A stretch of 64,000 bases of DNA from Lama glama. Lineage: Eukaryota. This document shows, one piece after another, positions 10,946-23,412 of the stretch. The number at the start of each line of letters is the position of its first letter. Position 1 is the first letter of the stretch. The stretch covers positions 1,304,001 through 1,368,000 of the forward strand of contig CM052817.1 of NCBI GenBank assembly GCA_028534125.1. Reading direction: 5' to 3'. The position numbers and the translations under genes were made by a program. The notes beneath the pieces are model-generated. The model worked only from the letters and a program-made list of their open reading frames with translations, had not been told where the DNA came from and ran no database searches.

Positions 10946-13469
10946 AAGCTGGTCATGCAGATCCTAAAACATCTGGGTGGCACCTGTGCCCCCAAAGCTC
11001 TCAGGATCAGGTAGGTCCTTTGCGCCCAAGCCTGCCAGCTGCAGCGCCCTCCTGCCCAGGCCTCCCGACAGCCTTCAGGACCTTCTCCCACCCCTACCCA
11101 AGCGCCCTTAGCCCTGTTCCTGTCCTCCTGAGGACGGGGCACTGCGTCCCCGCCACCTGGTTTGCGGGTGCTCAAGACGGCACAGAGCTCTTGTCTAGGA
11201 AGAATGTCACCCAGCTAAAGCCCCAGTGCCCACGCCTGCTACAGGGCAGAAGCTTCTGCCTGAGTAAGAGCCAGTTCTGGCCGGAATCCAGGGGACTGTG
11301 TCCCCTCCCCAGGACCCCAACTGTCTCAGTGTCCGAGAACCAGCAGACGCAGCCCCAGCCTGCGACGGCTCAGGGGCGACCCCGCTCTCAGCTCAGCCGT
11401 GGCCGGCTCCGGGGATCCAGTCACCACCCCCATCCCGGGCCCGCGCCGCTGCGCACAGAGCAGCGTATGGAATGGCTCTTGAGGAGCAGCCGGTCACAGT
11501 GAGGACTCACAGGGCCGGGGGCACTCCCCGTGAGCCCGGGGCTGCTGGGTGGGAGGGCATGGCCCCCTCGGGGGACCACCGGGCCTGCGAGCTCTGTCTT
11601 GGTTGACGAGCATGAAGAAGTGGGGGTCCCATCAGGACACGCTGTTCACCAGGGCTGGGCTCCCAGGACGGCTCTAGGGGGAGACGACCCCAGCCAGGGC
11701 CGCCCCCTCCACGGCCCGTTCAGAGCGGTGGAGAGGCCACCTTGGAGGGCTAGCCCCGCCCCCAAGGCCTCGGGGTCCGCTGTTCCCCTTTGCCCAGCCC
11801 CCTCCCCCGAAGGCCTCCTGGAGCCTGCGCGCACCCTCCCGGCTCCCCACGCGGCGCCTCCTGCCTGCAGCCGGCAGAGGCCGCCCGCCCGCCCCGTGCA
11901 GCCCTCCGATGCACTTGCCGGGACCTCTGCAGCCTCACTTCCTGCTCGGCCTGCACTGGGCTTTTGCTCTGCTGCCTTCTCCCCTCCCCTCCTCCCTGAA
12001 CTGGAGTGCTTCCATTTTCTTTATTCTTTCTCCCCTCCTGGTCGGGGACTTCCTCACTCTGTAACTGCTCTCCGAGGGCCCACCCTGAGTTAATTCGCAC
12101 ACTCAGCTCATGGTCTGAAGTGGGCCAGCACCTCCCTCCTCACCCCGAACCTGAACGGCCGCGCGCTGCTGAGCGGGGTGCCCACGCCCCCCGTTCTGGG
12201 AGCGCCCCCGGGCAGGGCCCCCGCGCCTGCAGCCGCCCCCACGCGCGCTTCTGACTTCGCTTCTCGCCTCCCACGCCCTCCTCTGACCTTGACTTTCCTT
12301 CTGGAGAACGTTTCCCAGCTCTCCTCGGCGAGGATTTGGGGGCGTTACTTTCTGGTCTTCGTGTAAAACTCTCCTCTGCGGATGGCAGCCCAGCCGGGCC
12401 CAGGACGCCGCGCGGAGCGAGCCCCTCCGGCCGCGAAAGGGCTCCCCCTCGCCTCGCGTCGCGTTGCCGGGCTCCGCGGGCGCACCCCGCACGCTCGGCT
12501 CTGCCTGGCCCCGCCTGGCCCCTCTGAGCCCGTCTGGGGCTCGGGCTTTCCTGAACTCGGGAACGCTCTGCCCCAAGCTGACAGAAGTCTCCCCGCCTCT
12601 CCGGTCGAGCGTGCTGTCAGATGCGCTGTGGACACCCTCGTCCCGTCCCCTGTGTGCCCAAGCCTCTCAGGCCGCCTGCGGGGGGCCCTCCTCAGCCACC
12701 TTCCAGGTCACTGCCCCACCCTCCGCCAACGTCTAACCCATTCCTCGGGGTGGGCTGGTTTTAGCTTTGAGCTTTTAAACCCGGTGGCGGTCTTTTTCAT
12801 TTCTGGGAGTTCCACTTGGCTCTTGTTTAAAAAAGGTTGGTGTTGCCCCGCGGTTCCTCCTCCACGTCCTGGCTGTTGTAAAGGATGGTTCCACTAGCCT
12901 TTGCTCTCTGCTGATTCTTGCTCAGGGAGAACCACATTCTCCTGAGTTTGGTAACTTTTTACCGTGAATTCCACCTCCGCGGTGCAGCAGGAGGGCCCCT
13001 CTGGGACGGTCCCTCTGGGACGGTTCTGCCTTTCATTCAGCCAGGTACCCAGGTGACTCTTAGCACCAACAGGGGGCGAAGTGGAGTGTAGGTTTCCCCA
13101 GCCCCCTGCCACTGGGGGCCTGGCTTTACTTGAGTCCCTCCAACCCACCCCACTGGCACTCCTCGCCTGACCCCCCCAGACCCCCACCCAGTCACTGCAC
13201 CCCCAGCCACCATGGTGAGGACTCCCCAGGGGGCAGCATCCCCCATCCCCCACACACCAGGAGAGAGAGCTGACAGCCTGTCCCCAGACTGGAGGAGGGG
13301 GCCAGCACTGAGGGACCAAGAAGTGAGGCTGAGTGGCTTCCAGCTGGCCTCAGAACGCCAAGCCCCTTGAGAAATGTGGCCCTGCATCTTTCCACTCAGC
13401 TGCAAAACATCTTTATCATCTCAAAAAATTCTATAATTTGTAAAAACATCTCTCCAAAAATGATAAAAT

Positions 13470-13945
13470 CCTTTTTTTTATGGCAGTGGAATTCACACAA
13501 CATACAATTAACCATTTTAAAGTGCGTAATTCAGTGGTACATGGTGCATTCACGATGTCGTCCAACCATCACCAGTCTCCAGTTTGAAAACTTTCTCATT
13601 GCCCCCAAAAAGAAGCCCCGTGCCTTTTTGCTATCATTCCTCATTCCCCTCCACCGACCCCAGCAGCCACTGGTGTATTTCCTGTCTCTGTGGATTTGCC
13701 AATTCTGGACATTCCACATAAATGGAATCACACTCTATTTGTCCTTTCGTGTCTGGCTTCTTCACACTTAGCATCATGTTTTCAAGGCTCATCCACGTTG
13801 AAAAGTATGTATAGCATCCTTTTCATGGCTGAATAGTACTCCATCGTGCGCACAGACCCCATTTTTTTTACCGGTTCACTGTTGACGGACATTTGGGCTG
13901 TGCCCATCTTCTGGTTATTCACATTGCTATGAATGTGGGTCTTCA
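13470..13945 (-). mobile_element. L1 (L1MB-like) 3' UTR fragment
   Basis: CATACAATTAACCATTTTAAAGTGCGTAATTCAGTGG...TTCTGGACATTCCACATAAATGGAATCACAC...TTCACACTTAGCATCATGTTTTCAAGGCTCATCCACGTTG. Confidence 0.85.
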
Positions 13946-14634
13946 ATTCTTAAATGTATCAGACACCTAGATATTTGGTTCTTTTAGACTTTTTAATAAT
14001 TACAATATCCCTAAAAACAATTGGAAACATTCTCAAAAACTGAAAAGCCAATGAAAAAAGTTCCGGCTCTAAGGACACCATCCCCACAGTGGGTGTGCTG
14101 ACTCATTTTCCCCCAGGCCCCAGCCAGTGTACCCCATGGTTTGGGATGGTTTGTCAAGGAGAAAGCTTTAACTGGAGCAAACCCCACACAGCAGAGACTT
14201 ACAGAGCCCCCCACGCAGAGCTCAAAGGACCCCCTCAGCCATGAAGGGAGCCCCATGTGAAATGCCCCCAGCACCCACCCTGCCTCCACCCAACATGAAA
14301 ACAAGGAGAAATGGAAGAGCTTCAAAATGCTTACTGTAAGAAAGAAAAAAACATTCCATTCATCTTAACCAACTACTCTGCATAAATTTCCATAGTATGA
14401 AATGTTCTATTCTACTTTCGCTTAATCTATTCAGATCAGTGGGGAAAAAAATCCATTCACTTTTGTCTTCTTCCTTCAGCCACTTGAATTGCCCATCAAT
14501 ATCTAAGTTTCTTTGCAACCCAACTGTAAAAAGTACAAAAGTAATTGTTTCACCAAATGGGAATCTTAAAGACACTGATGAGAGCTACGGTTCATTCTTG
14601 CCAGAAACACACAGCTCAGGGTGTGGGTGCTCCC

Positions 14635-14775
14635 ACCCTGGGGTCAGACGGATCAGAGTTCAAATCCCAGCCCTGCCACTCCTGCCTGGGAAGGCTCCAG
14701 TGAGTCGTTTAACACGCCGTCCGGAGACCTCGCTCATAAGACGGGGTGCACTAGGATCATCACAGTGTCAACAAG
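14635..14775 (+). mobile_element. MIR SINE fragment
   Basis: TGGGGTCAGACGGATCAGAGTTCAAATCCCAGCCCTGCCACT matches the MIR 5' core. Confidence 0.55.
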
Positions 14776-17700
14776 CACCCCCAGGCCTCAGTGCCTTAAG
14801 CAACAGGGATCTATCCCCACGCTGTCATTTATGCCCGGCCCCCTTCCCCCGTCGCCTTCACCACTCCATGGTCCTCTACGGGGTCCAGCCAAGGATGCAG
14901 GCCACACCCACAGGAGGACGGCTCAAGAGGTCTGGGGGCCAGGCCTGCAGCCCACACTGGCTGACACTCAGCCCCAGGACTCACCTGGGAGGCGGAGGCC
15001 CAGATGGTGTGGGAGCACACAGCTGTGTCTCTGCCACTGGGAAGGCGCAGGTAACCGGCCCAATGGGACAACCAAGCGCCCCGAGTCAGGGTCTGTTCCC
15101 AGCAACTGAATACCAAAAAGACACCTCACTCTCCAAGTGGCCTTGGGTACTCCATAAAACACTCCAGGCACGGTCCTAAGTCCACACCTACCAGCCACCT
15201 GCAAGCCCCACTGATAATGGCAGGTCATTTCTCGAGCCATTACTGTGAGCCTTTGACAGAGCTGATACCCTCAAATTCCACACAACAGACCCCATCACCC
15301 CCATCCGACAGATAGGGAAACTGGGGCACAGGCTGGGGGTGCGGTGAGGCCCCTGCAGCCCTGTCTGTGGCTTCAACCCTGTGGAGACACATAAGCCACG
15401 GCTGGCAGCAAAGACTTAGGGCAATAAACATGAGAGAAATACTGAAAACCCGTAACATTCTAGGCATTTGTTTCTCCTTGAACTGGAATCAGGTCACCGT
15501 TGCTCACCTTCGTGTGGGCGCACAGCCCGCCGCGGAAGGGCCGCACCACGCAGCGCTACCGGCTCGGGCAGGGCTCCGCACTCAAGAGCCCGCAGGCTGC
15601 CCTTCAGTCACCTGCGCTCTGGGATGTGCGTTTTTACACTTTTAAAACAAGCGCATCTGGTGTTCCGGGAATTCCTGGCAGCTCTAAGGAGAGGCACTAA
15701 AGCTCCTGAAATTCATCGTCTTTGAATGGAGGGTGGGATGAAATTGCCTAACACACTTCCTGCTGAGAGCAGGCAGCACGCGCACCGCGGCCCTGGCTCC
15801 CTCCCGCCAGACCACCGCTGGCTGGACACGGGACCAGATATCAATTAGGCGAAGCTTCGGACTCCCTGCCCACTTAGCAGAAACTGTATCATTCATTTCC
15901 CGTAAACACCCGGCGCTGACAGTAAAGCAGACCCCTAAGTGATGACGTCAGGGTTGGCACAGAGCTGGCACAGAAACTCATGCTTGCTGCCTGTCTGCAG
16001 CTCAGCTTCTCCCCTGCCCGGCAAACACGGGGGCACAGGGCTGGGCGTGGGCGGCCCCACGCTCCCCTCCCCGCCCCCACCACAGACAGAAATGCAGCTG
16101 AGCCAGGAAATGAGACGAGAGCTGCCCACTGAGCCTCCCCGCCAGAGCTGGGGCAGGGGCTACACGCCTCCGTGACATGTGGACTCCCAGGCCCTCCTGG
16201 CTGCCCAGGCCTGACAGTGCGAGGCATTGGGAGGAAGGCTCTCTGGGGGCCACCAGACCTGGCAGCCAGGAGGCCAGGGCCCCAAGTGCCCTCTGACTTC
16301 AGGGAGAAGAGACAGGTGCCCTAGGCCAGCCACGCCCGCTCTGACTCAGCACCGCAGAGCATCCTTCCCGGACCTGCCAAGCCCTGCTCTGTGCCAGGCA
16401 CCACCCGCTAGGAGAGGGAGCTTGGCGCTGGCACAGCCCATGCAGCCAGGCTTTCTAGACCACTGGCTTCCCGGGAGCTCACGTCGGAGAGAATCGTGCT
16501 CCTCCAAGGACAGCCTCAGCCGCGGCAGGGCACTCAGAATTTATCGGCTAAAAAAGAACCAGTCAGCAGCCGGGCTAGCAGTTAACACGAAAATCCCACG
16601 ATCCGAGAACAGAGCCTCTGCCTGGCGTGGGGCCGCACACGGCACTGTGGGGACCCTGGAGCAGAGCAGGGAAGTTGAGGCGTGGGCTGCTGCCGCCCGC
16701 TCAGTGCCCAGTCCCCCACAGACCCTGGAGCAACCGGACCAGGTTGCAGGAAGACCACCCTTCTCCCTCGCCTCCACTGCCACCCCTCCAGAAGCGCTCT
16801 GGACTGGGGGGCTTGCCGACAGTGTGGCTGTGTTCCTCTGGGGCTCTGCCATCTGCGTTATTACCCTTCACCCACGGCCACCATGGGGGAGCCCTATAGG
16901 GTCAGGTGGGCTGCACACCATCTGGGTACAATGAGGGCAGTACAGACACAGACCAGGACTTTCCCCTGCCCTGGAGCCCACCAATTTAACACCTGAGGAC
17001 TCCCAACTGCCACTGCACTTTAGGGTGTGCCCCCCTCCCCCTGGCAGTCAAAGTACAGAGTGACGGCCCCTGACCCCAACCGGCAGCTGCACGCCCATGG
17101 CCGGGTGGGCTGGGGCTCTGGAAACAGCCACAGTGGGAAGTTCCACAGCCCCCACCTGCCTGATCTCAACTTCACCAAGATCAAAGGGTTCTTCTTTCAG
17201 GAAGCACACACACCCAGCAGGTTACTCCGGCTTCTCTTTGAGAAGGAGGCTAGTTCATCCCTAGTCTGAATCCAGAATATTGACAGTTTCCAGATGAGCA
17301 TCACTCAGTGAAGCACTGTACTTGGAAGGAATGTCTCCCCGAAAAGAAGGGGCACGAGGAAAGTTACTAAGCCACACCCCAGAAATGGTTTGGAATGACA
17401 AGAGTTCCACATGGGGTGCGTGGCTGAGCATAACCACTCACCACATGGTAACCTCCATATATCTGGGCAACACCACCTACATACTGATCGAGTCTTCCTC
17501 AAAAATGGAAAACACAAATTCACCCCGGACCATCACTAACATGCTCTTTGATGATGGCCAAGAAGACCCCATGGGGTCCAGTCCAGGTCCCCCTTCCCCC
17601 ACGCCAAGATTTCACCCCTCAGCACTGTCACCCGTCACCCAGGATCAACAAGAAAGCTATAAGCCAGCATGAAACACAAATTTTGATATTTTTGTGTCAA

Positions 17701-20700
17701 GTGAAGACATCCGCTATCCAAAATGTTTCACCTTCTTAAAGTCAACTCCTTCTGAACAAAAGCAAAGAGACTTAGAAATCCTGGACACTTTCCATGAAAA
17801 AAATCATAATAGTGTTTAAAAGACTGCCTTAAAGGAAATAAAAGGGAGGAAGAGTGCAAATTCATTTTAATGTTAAACTACTGTACACATCAGGCTGGTT
17901 CGTCTGTTACTCAGCTTAGGTAGTTATTCGTGACTCGAACAGCGAAAATTTTAAATGTCATATAAGAGTATTTTAAAGTTTTTTCAAATATTTTTTAAAA
18001 CTACAAGAACAATGAGTTTTTTGGTTTCAGAATGTTTCCCACTGAGTTGTGATGAACGAAAGCTCAGTGCTCAGTATTAAACCAAATCAGGGATTAAATC
18101 AAGAATTCAGTTTGAATTGTACATCTATCCAAACACAACAGTGGAAAAAAATCTGAACTGCAGGCAACAGTCTCTCTTAGACACATCCTCCCGCAGCTAA
18201 CATATAACACTTCAACTCCTCCAGGCCCGGAGACCTCCCAGAACTGACTTGTGCTCACTTGGGCCAAAACGTATTAAATTACATAGGGAGGGGAAGTGCA
18301 AAAATCCGTCCACAATCTGAGGCAAAAACACGAGTTTCGATTTGAAAAATGAAAAGCTATTGGGGTGACAATCTACTCCAACACTTCAAGCAATCAAGAT
18401 ATTTCACCCCAAAGACAGATGTCCAACAAGGGGTGGCCCACGCTCAGGCTGACCGCAGGACAAACACTGCGGTTGGACACAAAGTTCTCAGATGGAGATG
18501 TGTCTTGAGTCCAGGGGTCAGACGACAAGCCAAGAGATGACAGCAAAGGAAGGGAGAGGACCAGATGAAACCCTGTCTCCTCCCTTCTCCTAACGCACAC
18601 AGCTTTCTGCTAAATTGCTGGGACTGGCTGACTCACCAACTCTCTGCCTCACCCTGGTCAGCGCCTGGAGCTGGCTTTGGAGGGGCAGTGGCCTGAGACA
18701 GGGGAAATTAGGGACGTGGTTCTCAATTCTGGGGCACAATCTCCAGGGCAGTATCATTTTCCACTTTTAAAGACTTTTCCCAAAACTGAAACTGGCAGGG
18801 CCACTGAAATTACTCAATTATAGATGAAACAGAGGCCACGCTGCTCTTCCTTCCCTTCCAACAATGTGATACAGCCCGGCGACGCTGGAAACAAGGCCCC
18901 TTCCACAGCCACGTCTGGAAAGAGTCATCGCAGCCTCAGGAACCTTGACAGATGTGCTTTCAGAGACACCAGAACGCTACATGATACATTTCTCTGCTGG
19001 CCTCACCCTGTATCTGAAAAAATCATGCTGCTGCCCACCCCAAAATGACCTTTTGACATGTAGACTTGGGTTCTCCTTAACTGGTGACAGAAGTCACACA
19101 AACAAAAAGCCACTCCTTGGACAGCTGTCCCATGCAGAGGCTGCCACCCTCCCCTGGCAACCTACACAGCACCAGCAGGCAGGACGAGAGCAGCCTCGGG
19201 GGACTGCAGGGAGGAGAGGGCTGGGCAGAAGGCAGCCCAGGGCTGGGAGGCCCCACACACAGGCAGTGCCAGGAAGCACCAGGGTCACACCAAGACAGTA
19301 GCTGCTGCAAGACCAGGAGATGGGGAGGAGGGAGGAGGGCTGCACAGCTGCACCAAGCCGGAAGGAATCCGAAAATCCAGATTCCCCTCTGGGCAAGGCC
19401 AAGGCCGAGCAGGGGGCAGCCCCAGGCATCCTAAGCCCTCAGCCCATCACTGGGAAAACTCTCCCACCCCAAAGGCAAGACGCAGGAGCACTGCGGGTCC
19501 CTGAACTCACCGCAGGGCCTCAGGTGCCAGACTTCCAACAAACCTGTGGCCTCCCCAAAGGGGTGGGCCGGAAAGGTACAGATTTCAGGACACCCCCCTA
19601 ATCAGAGGCCACACACGGCGGGGGGGAGTAGGGAAGGCAGATCCGGACGGAGGGTGGTGCTCCCTGGGACAGTCAGCAACACTGCAGCCTCGGATGTCCG
19701 AGGCGCCCGGATGTGACCACTGGCCGCACCGGAGCCGCAACACCCCAGCCAAGACCCCAGCGTCCCTGCCCTCCCGGCCTTCACGCTGCGCCTGCCCCCA
19801 TGGTGCAGCCCCAGAATGCCTAAAGTGCACCCAGGACCCTGCGCTCGGCTCCCGGGCACCGCCGCAGCCCAACTCGCTCCGGACGCAGCGGACACGAGCC
19901 CTGAGCGGGCGGCGGGGATGCAACGCCCGCAGTGCGACTGGCGCAGCTTCCGACGCGCGGGGCGCGCTGCCCAGACCCCGACCCGACGGCCGAGGAGCGA
20001 CGCCACGCCAGGCGAACAGCCCCTCCGGCCCCGCTGAGCCGGCGGCCCCGGGCGCGCTCATCCCGCCGCCGGGCAGGAGATTGCCCTGGATTCGAGAACA
20101 CGCGAGTGCGCACAGGACGATGGGGACGCGCACTGGGCGGAGGTGCGGATCGGTCCTTACTGGGGAAAGCAGGGCCAGGAGAGTGGGACAGGGACCTGCT
20201 CTTGCAGGGAAGGAGAGGTCCGTCCGACACCCAGGAGAGGGACATGGGGGTCTCCTCCAGCACCTGGAGGAAGTGGAGAGAGGGTGTGTTCCGGAAGGCG
20301 GAGGGAAGTACACTTCGGGTCCAGGATAATGGTGGGGGGTCGCAAAAGGTGAATGGGAGGCGTCATCCCTGGTGTAGGGAGAGGGGATGAAAGGTCTTTC
20401 TGGGACCTAAGAGAAGCAGGAGGGAGTCTGTTTCGGGCCAGGGGTCGGGGACCACTAGGAGCGAGCAGGGCACCACGCAGGACCGGGATGCGAAGGGAGG
20501 GGAGCCCGTCGGGCAGCGGGCAGGCTGGGGCAGGAGTGCGCTCCGGCCCGAGGGTACAAGCAGGAGACTCGCTTTCGGACCAGGCTCGGGTGGGGGGACC
20601 CGCCGCAATGGGAGGACGACTGTGTGAGCAAGTCTCGGAGTGGAGGGAAGGGGGTCGAAGGCACTCACGAGAGAGGGCCGGTCCCAGCTGGGAAGGGGGT

Positions 20701-20731
20701 CTGCTCGGCAGCCAGGGCCGGGGCCGCTCAC

Positions 20732-20770
20732 CTTAGGTTTGTACAGCCACTTTCGGAACCTGTTCATCAT
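20732..20770 (-). CDS. ZFYVE28: ZFYVE28 (LST2 homologue, FYVE zinc-finger protein) first coding exon; the gene continues beyond the left edge
   Basis: Encodes MMNRFRKWLYKPK, which I recognise as the ZFYVE28/LST2 N-terminus. It is followed by the phase-0 donor AAG|GTGAGC and lies in the CpG island. I found no further ZFYVE28 coding exon in 1-20731. Confidence 0.93.
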
Positions 20771-21359
20771 CGCCGCGCCGGCCCGGCCCGGCCCCGGCGG
20801 CCCTCCCCTCCGCGGCGCTGCTCCCGGGCCCGGCTGCGGCGCGCGGCGGACGCGGGGCAGGGCCCGGCCGGGGCCCCACGCGGACTCAGAGCGCCGGGCG
20901 GGCAGCAGGCAGGTGCACGGGGCAGGTGCTCGGCCGGGAGATGCTCTGCGAGCGGCGCGCGGCGCGGACCCACAGACCGCGGCGGGCGGGCGGGCAGGCG
21001 GGCTCGCGTAGGAACCCGGCGTGGGGGCGCTGGCTCCCTGCGGCTCACTGACACCCCACGCCTCGGCCAGCTACCGCCGCCCGCGCCACACATGCGCCGA
21101 CGCGCCGCTAGCCCCCAGCCCGCCGCGAGCTGCGGAGGCTGCCCAATCCTCGGGCCGCGCCGTGCCCCGCCCGAGGCGCGCTCACCCGCAGGAGCCCGGC
21201 GCGCCCGGAGGGGCCGAGAACTACAAGTCCCGATGGACATTGCGGGGAGGCGGGACCCTGGATGCGCCGACATTTGCTGCGCCGTGGCCGCTGTGCATTT
21301 TGGGGGCTGTAGTCTTCCGGTCGACGGCGCCGGAGCGTGCAACGGTTGCTAGGTGACGA

Positions 21360-21499
21360 CGCCCAAACTACACGCCAGAGCCGCTCCGGCCCGGAGGTTT
21401 GCGGAGATCCCCGCGAAGCGAATTGGGGGACCCACTGCTATTCCCGAGTCCCCTCGCACCAGCCGGGCCTTGGCAGAGTCACACAAAGCCCGCCGACAG
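21360..21499 (+). other. CFAP99: Probable non-coding first exon of CFAP99 (start approximate)
   Basis: It lies just downstream of the X-box and ends at the donor GACAG|GTACGG (GT at 21500). The first coding exon has an acceptor upstream of its ATG, so an upstream exon is required. Confidence 0.5.
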
Positions 21500-22269
21500 G
21501 TACGGGGGAAGGGAAGCAGATGGGACCCGAAGGGAGGGCGAGGCGTGTTCCCTCAGCAGCAGCACCTTCTACCTCCAGCTTCCTTCGACATGCAGGCCAG
21601 TTCTCATCTTCCTTGCTTCCCATCTTCTTGTCACTGACCACTTCTTCCCAGTTTTTGATCCTATTCCTAGTTCCTTGATTAAAGTTAACGGTGTTTGTTT
21701 GTTTTTTTAATGACCATAATAAATGGTATTCACCACTTCCTCGATAATGCACTAGTTTGGATCCATAAAAAAATCAGCAAAATCGAAGAACCTATAATAT
21801 GCCAGGTAGACAGCTAAAAATAGGTATGCGGCCTCACTGTCAGCTCCCGCTGGTACCTGAAGAACCTGAGGCCGGAAAGGCTGCGTTACTCTGGCCGTGG
21901 GAGGGGCACCCCCTCCCAGAAGACTTGCATTTCCCCTGCCCCCACCTAGCACCACTTCGGCGTCTGGCAATGTGCAGATTTAGGGTTCAGGAGAGGGAAG
22001 GAACTCTCCCTTGATGGAGAGCTGCTTCTCCACTGCTCGTGGTATCACTGGTTCTGGACTCTCCAACCCCTCTGTTCCCGTAAAGTCAGTGTGAACCTGG
22101 GCACAGGCAGCAGTCTGAGATTGCCCTGTGTGTCGTTGAGGACCTGACTCATCTTCCCCATTCCCTCCCAAGTCCCATTTAGGGGACTGATGGTCCACTA
22201 AAGAGCAACCCCCCCCGCCCCGAGTTGCCTCTTATCTCCAATTCCTTTACACTCCCCTCTCTTGAGTGG

Positions 22270-22800
22270 GCTCCAATCAGATTTTCGCCCAGCCCCTCCT
22301 CCAAGGCTCTTTATCTAAATCATCCTTGACCCTAATGTTGCTAAACCCAGTGGTGAGAGCTCACCCCCACCTCATCCAGCAGCAGCTGACCCAGCTGAGT
22401 GCTCCTTTCTGGACACACCATCCTTACTTGGCTGGAGCAGATAGCACCCTCTGCCTCCTCCCATGGCTGCTCCTTCTCAGTCTTCTTGGCTGGCGCCTCC
22501 TATGCTCCTAACTCTAGACCTCCTAACACTGGAGTCCCAAGACTCAGTCCTTGGAAGCCCCCCTCTCCAGCCACTCCCTGGGTGACTTCCCACCACCACA
22601 TGGTTCAATGAACAACCATCTTCTCCTTACGTTTCCAAAACCTACATCTCCAGCCTGGACCTTGCCCTGAGAGTCCAGGTCCCTCTCCCTGTTCTTTGCC
22701 AGTTTGATGTCCAACAACCCCTAAACAAAATGTGTCCAGCTGCACTCCTAGTCCCCCCCATAAATCCTGCTCCTCCCCAGCTGCGGCTTCCAGCCTGAGA
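22270..22800 (-). mobile_element. L2 LINE fragment
   Basis: ATGTTGCTAAACCCAGTGG...CTACATCTCCAGCCTGGACCTTGCCCTGAGAGTCCAG are typical pyrimidine-rich L2 blocks. Confidence 0.65.
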
Positions 22801-22949
22801 GCTCGTGTAGATACTTGGTGGACCGTTCTCTACAGGTCTGTCGTTGGTCTGCTCCAAGGCTGGGACTGTTGTTGCTACTCAGAATCTCCCTTCTATGCTT
22901 CCCAGTTTGAAACTGTGCTTGGGGCGAAGGCTGACCTCAGGAAAGAGGG

Positions 22950-23412
22950 TGTATCAGTTAGGATGAGGTTCAGCTGCACACAGTGAAAAATTTCAATACC
23001 ATGGTGGCCCAAACAAGATTATTCATGTTTCCATAAAATAGGTCCATGGGGAGGCAATCTTGGGAGATACAGCACCCCCAAAAGTCGTCAGGGACCTGGG
23101 CTATTCTAGCTTGCTCTTCTGCCAGCTTTAGCAGGTCCCCTCCCAGTCCAGGATTGCTGCGTAAATTCCTGCCATTACCTCCTGAGTCCAGGCAGCAGGA
23201 TGAAAAAGAGAAGAACGATAGGCCCCTTTCTTTCAAGGAGATTTTCTGGAAGTCTCGAACTCTTCTACCTCTGGACATACCCAGATGGCCAGGAAGACTA
23301 GGAAATGTCATCTTTCGATTGGGCAGCAATAGACCCAACTAAAAATTGAGGGCTTGTTACTCAGGAGGAAAGGAAGAGTGGAGATTGAAAAGCAACCAGC
23401 AAAACCTGCCAC
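22950..23412 (-). mobile_element. Old MaLR (MLT1J/L-like) solo LTR
   Basis: Starts TGTATCAGTTAGGATGAGGTTCAGCTGC and ends GCAACCAGCAAAACCTGCCACA. Confidence 0.6.

Larger units (their letters stand above)
19600..21550. promoter_or_regulatory. CpG island / bidirectional promoter shared by ZFYVE28 (-) and CFAP99 (+)
   Basis: Very high CpG density spanning ZFYVE28 exon 1. Motifs: ACTACAAGTCCC (21220-21231), inverted ACTACAGCCCCCAAAATGCA (21294-21313), ETS CTTCCGG (21314-21320) and X-box GTTGCTAGGTGAC (21345-21357). Confidence 0.9.

Noticed and set aside
17027..17740. Possible processed pseudogene or extra exon in a lower-GC patch
   Set aside because: The translations resemble no protein I recognise, and I found no poly(A)/TSD or convincing splice pair. 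It is left unassigned pending a BLASTX search.
19585..21356. Several 150-240-aa ORFs on both strands
   Set aside because: CpG-island artefacts. Only the 13-codon ZFYVE28 exon is supported by a recognisable peptide and a donor site.
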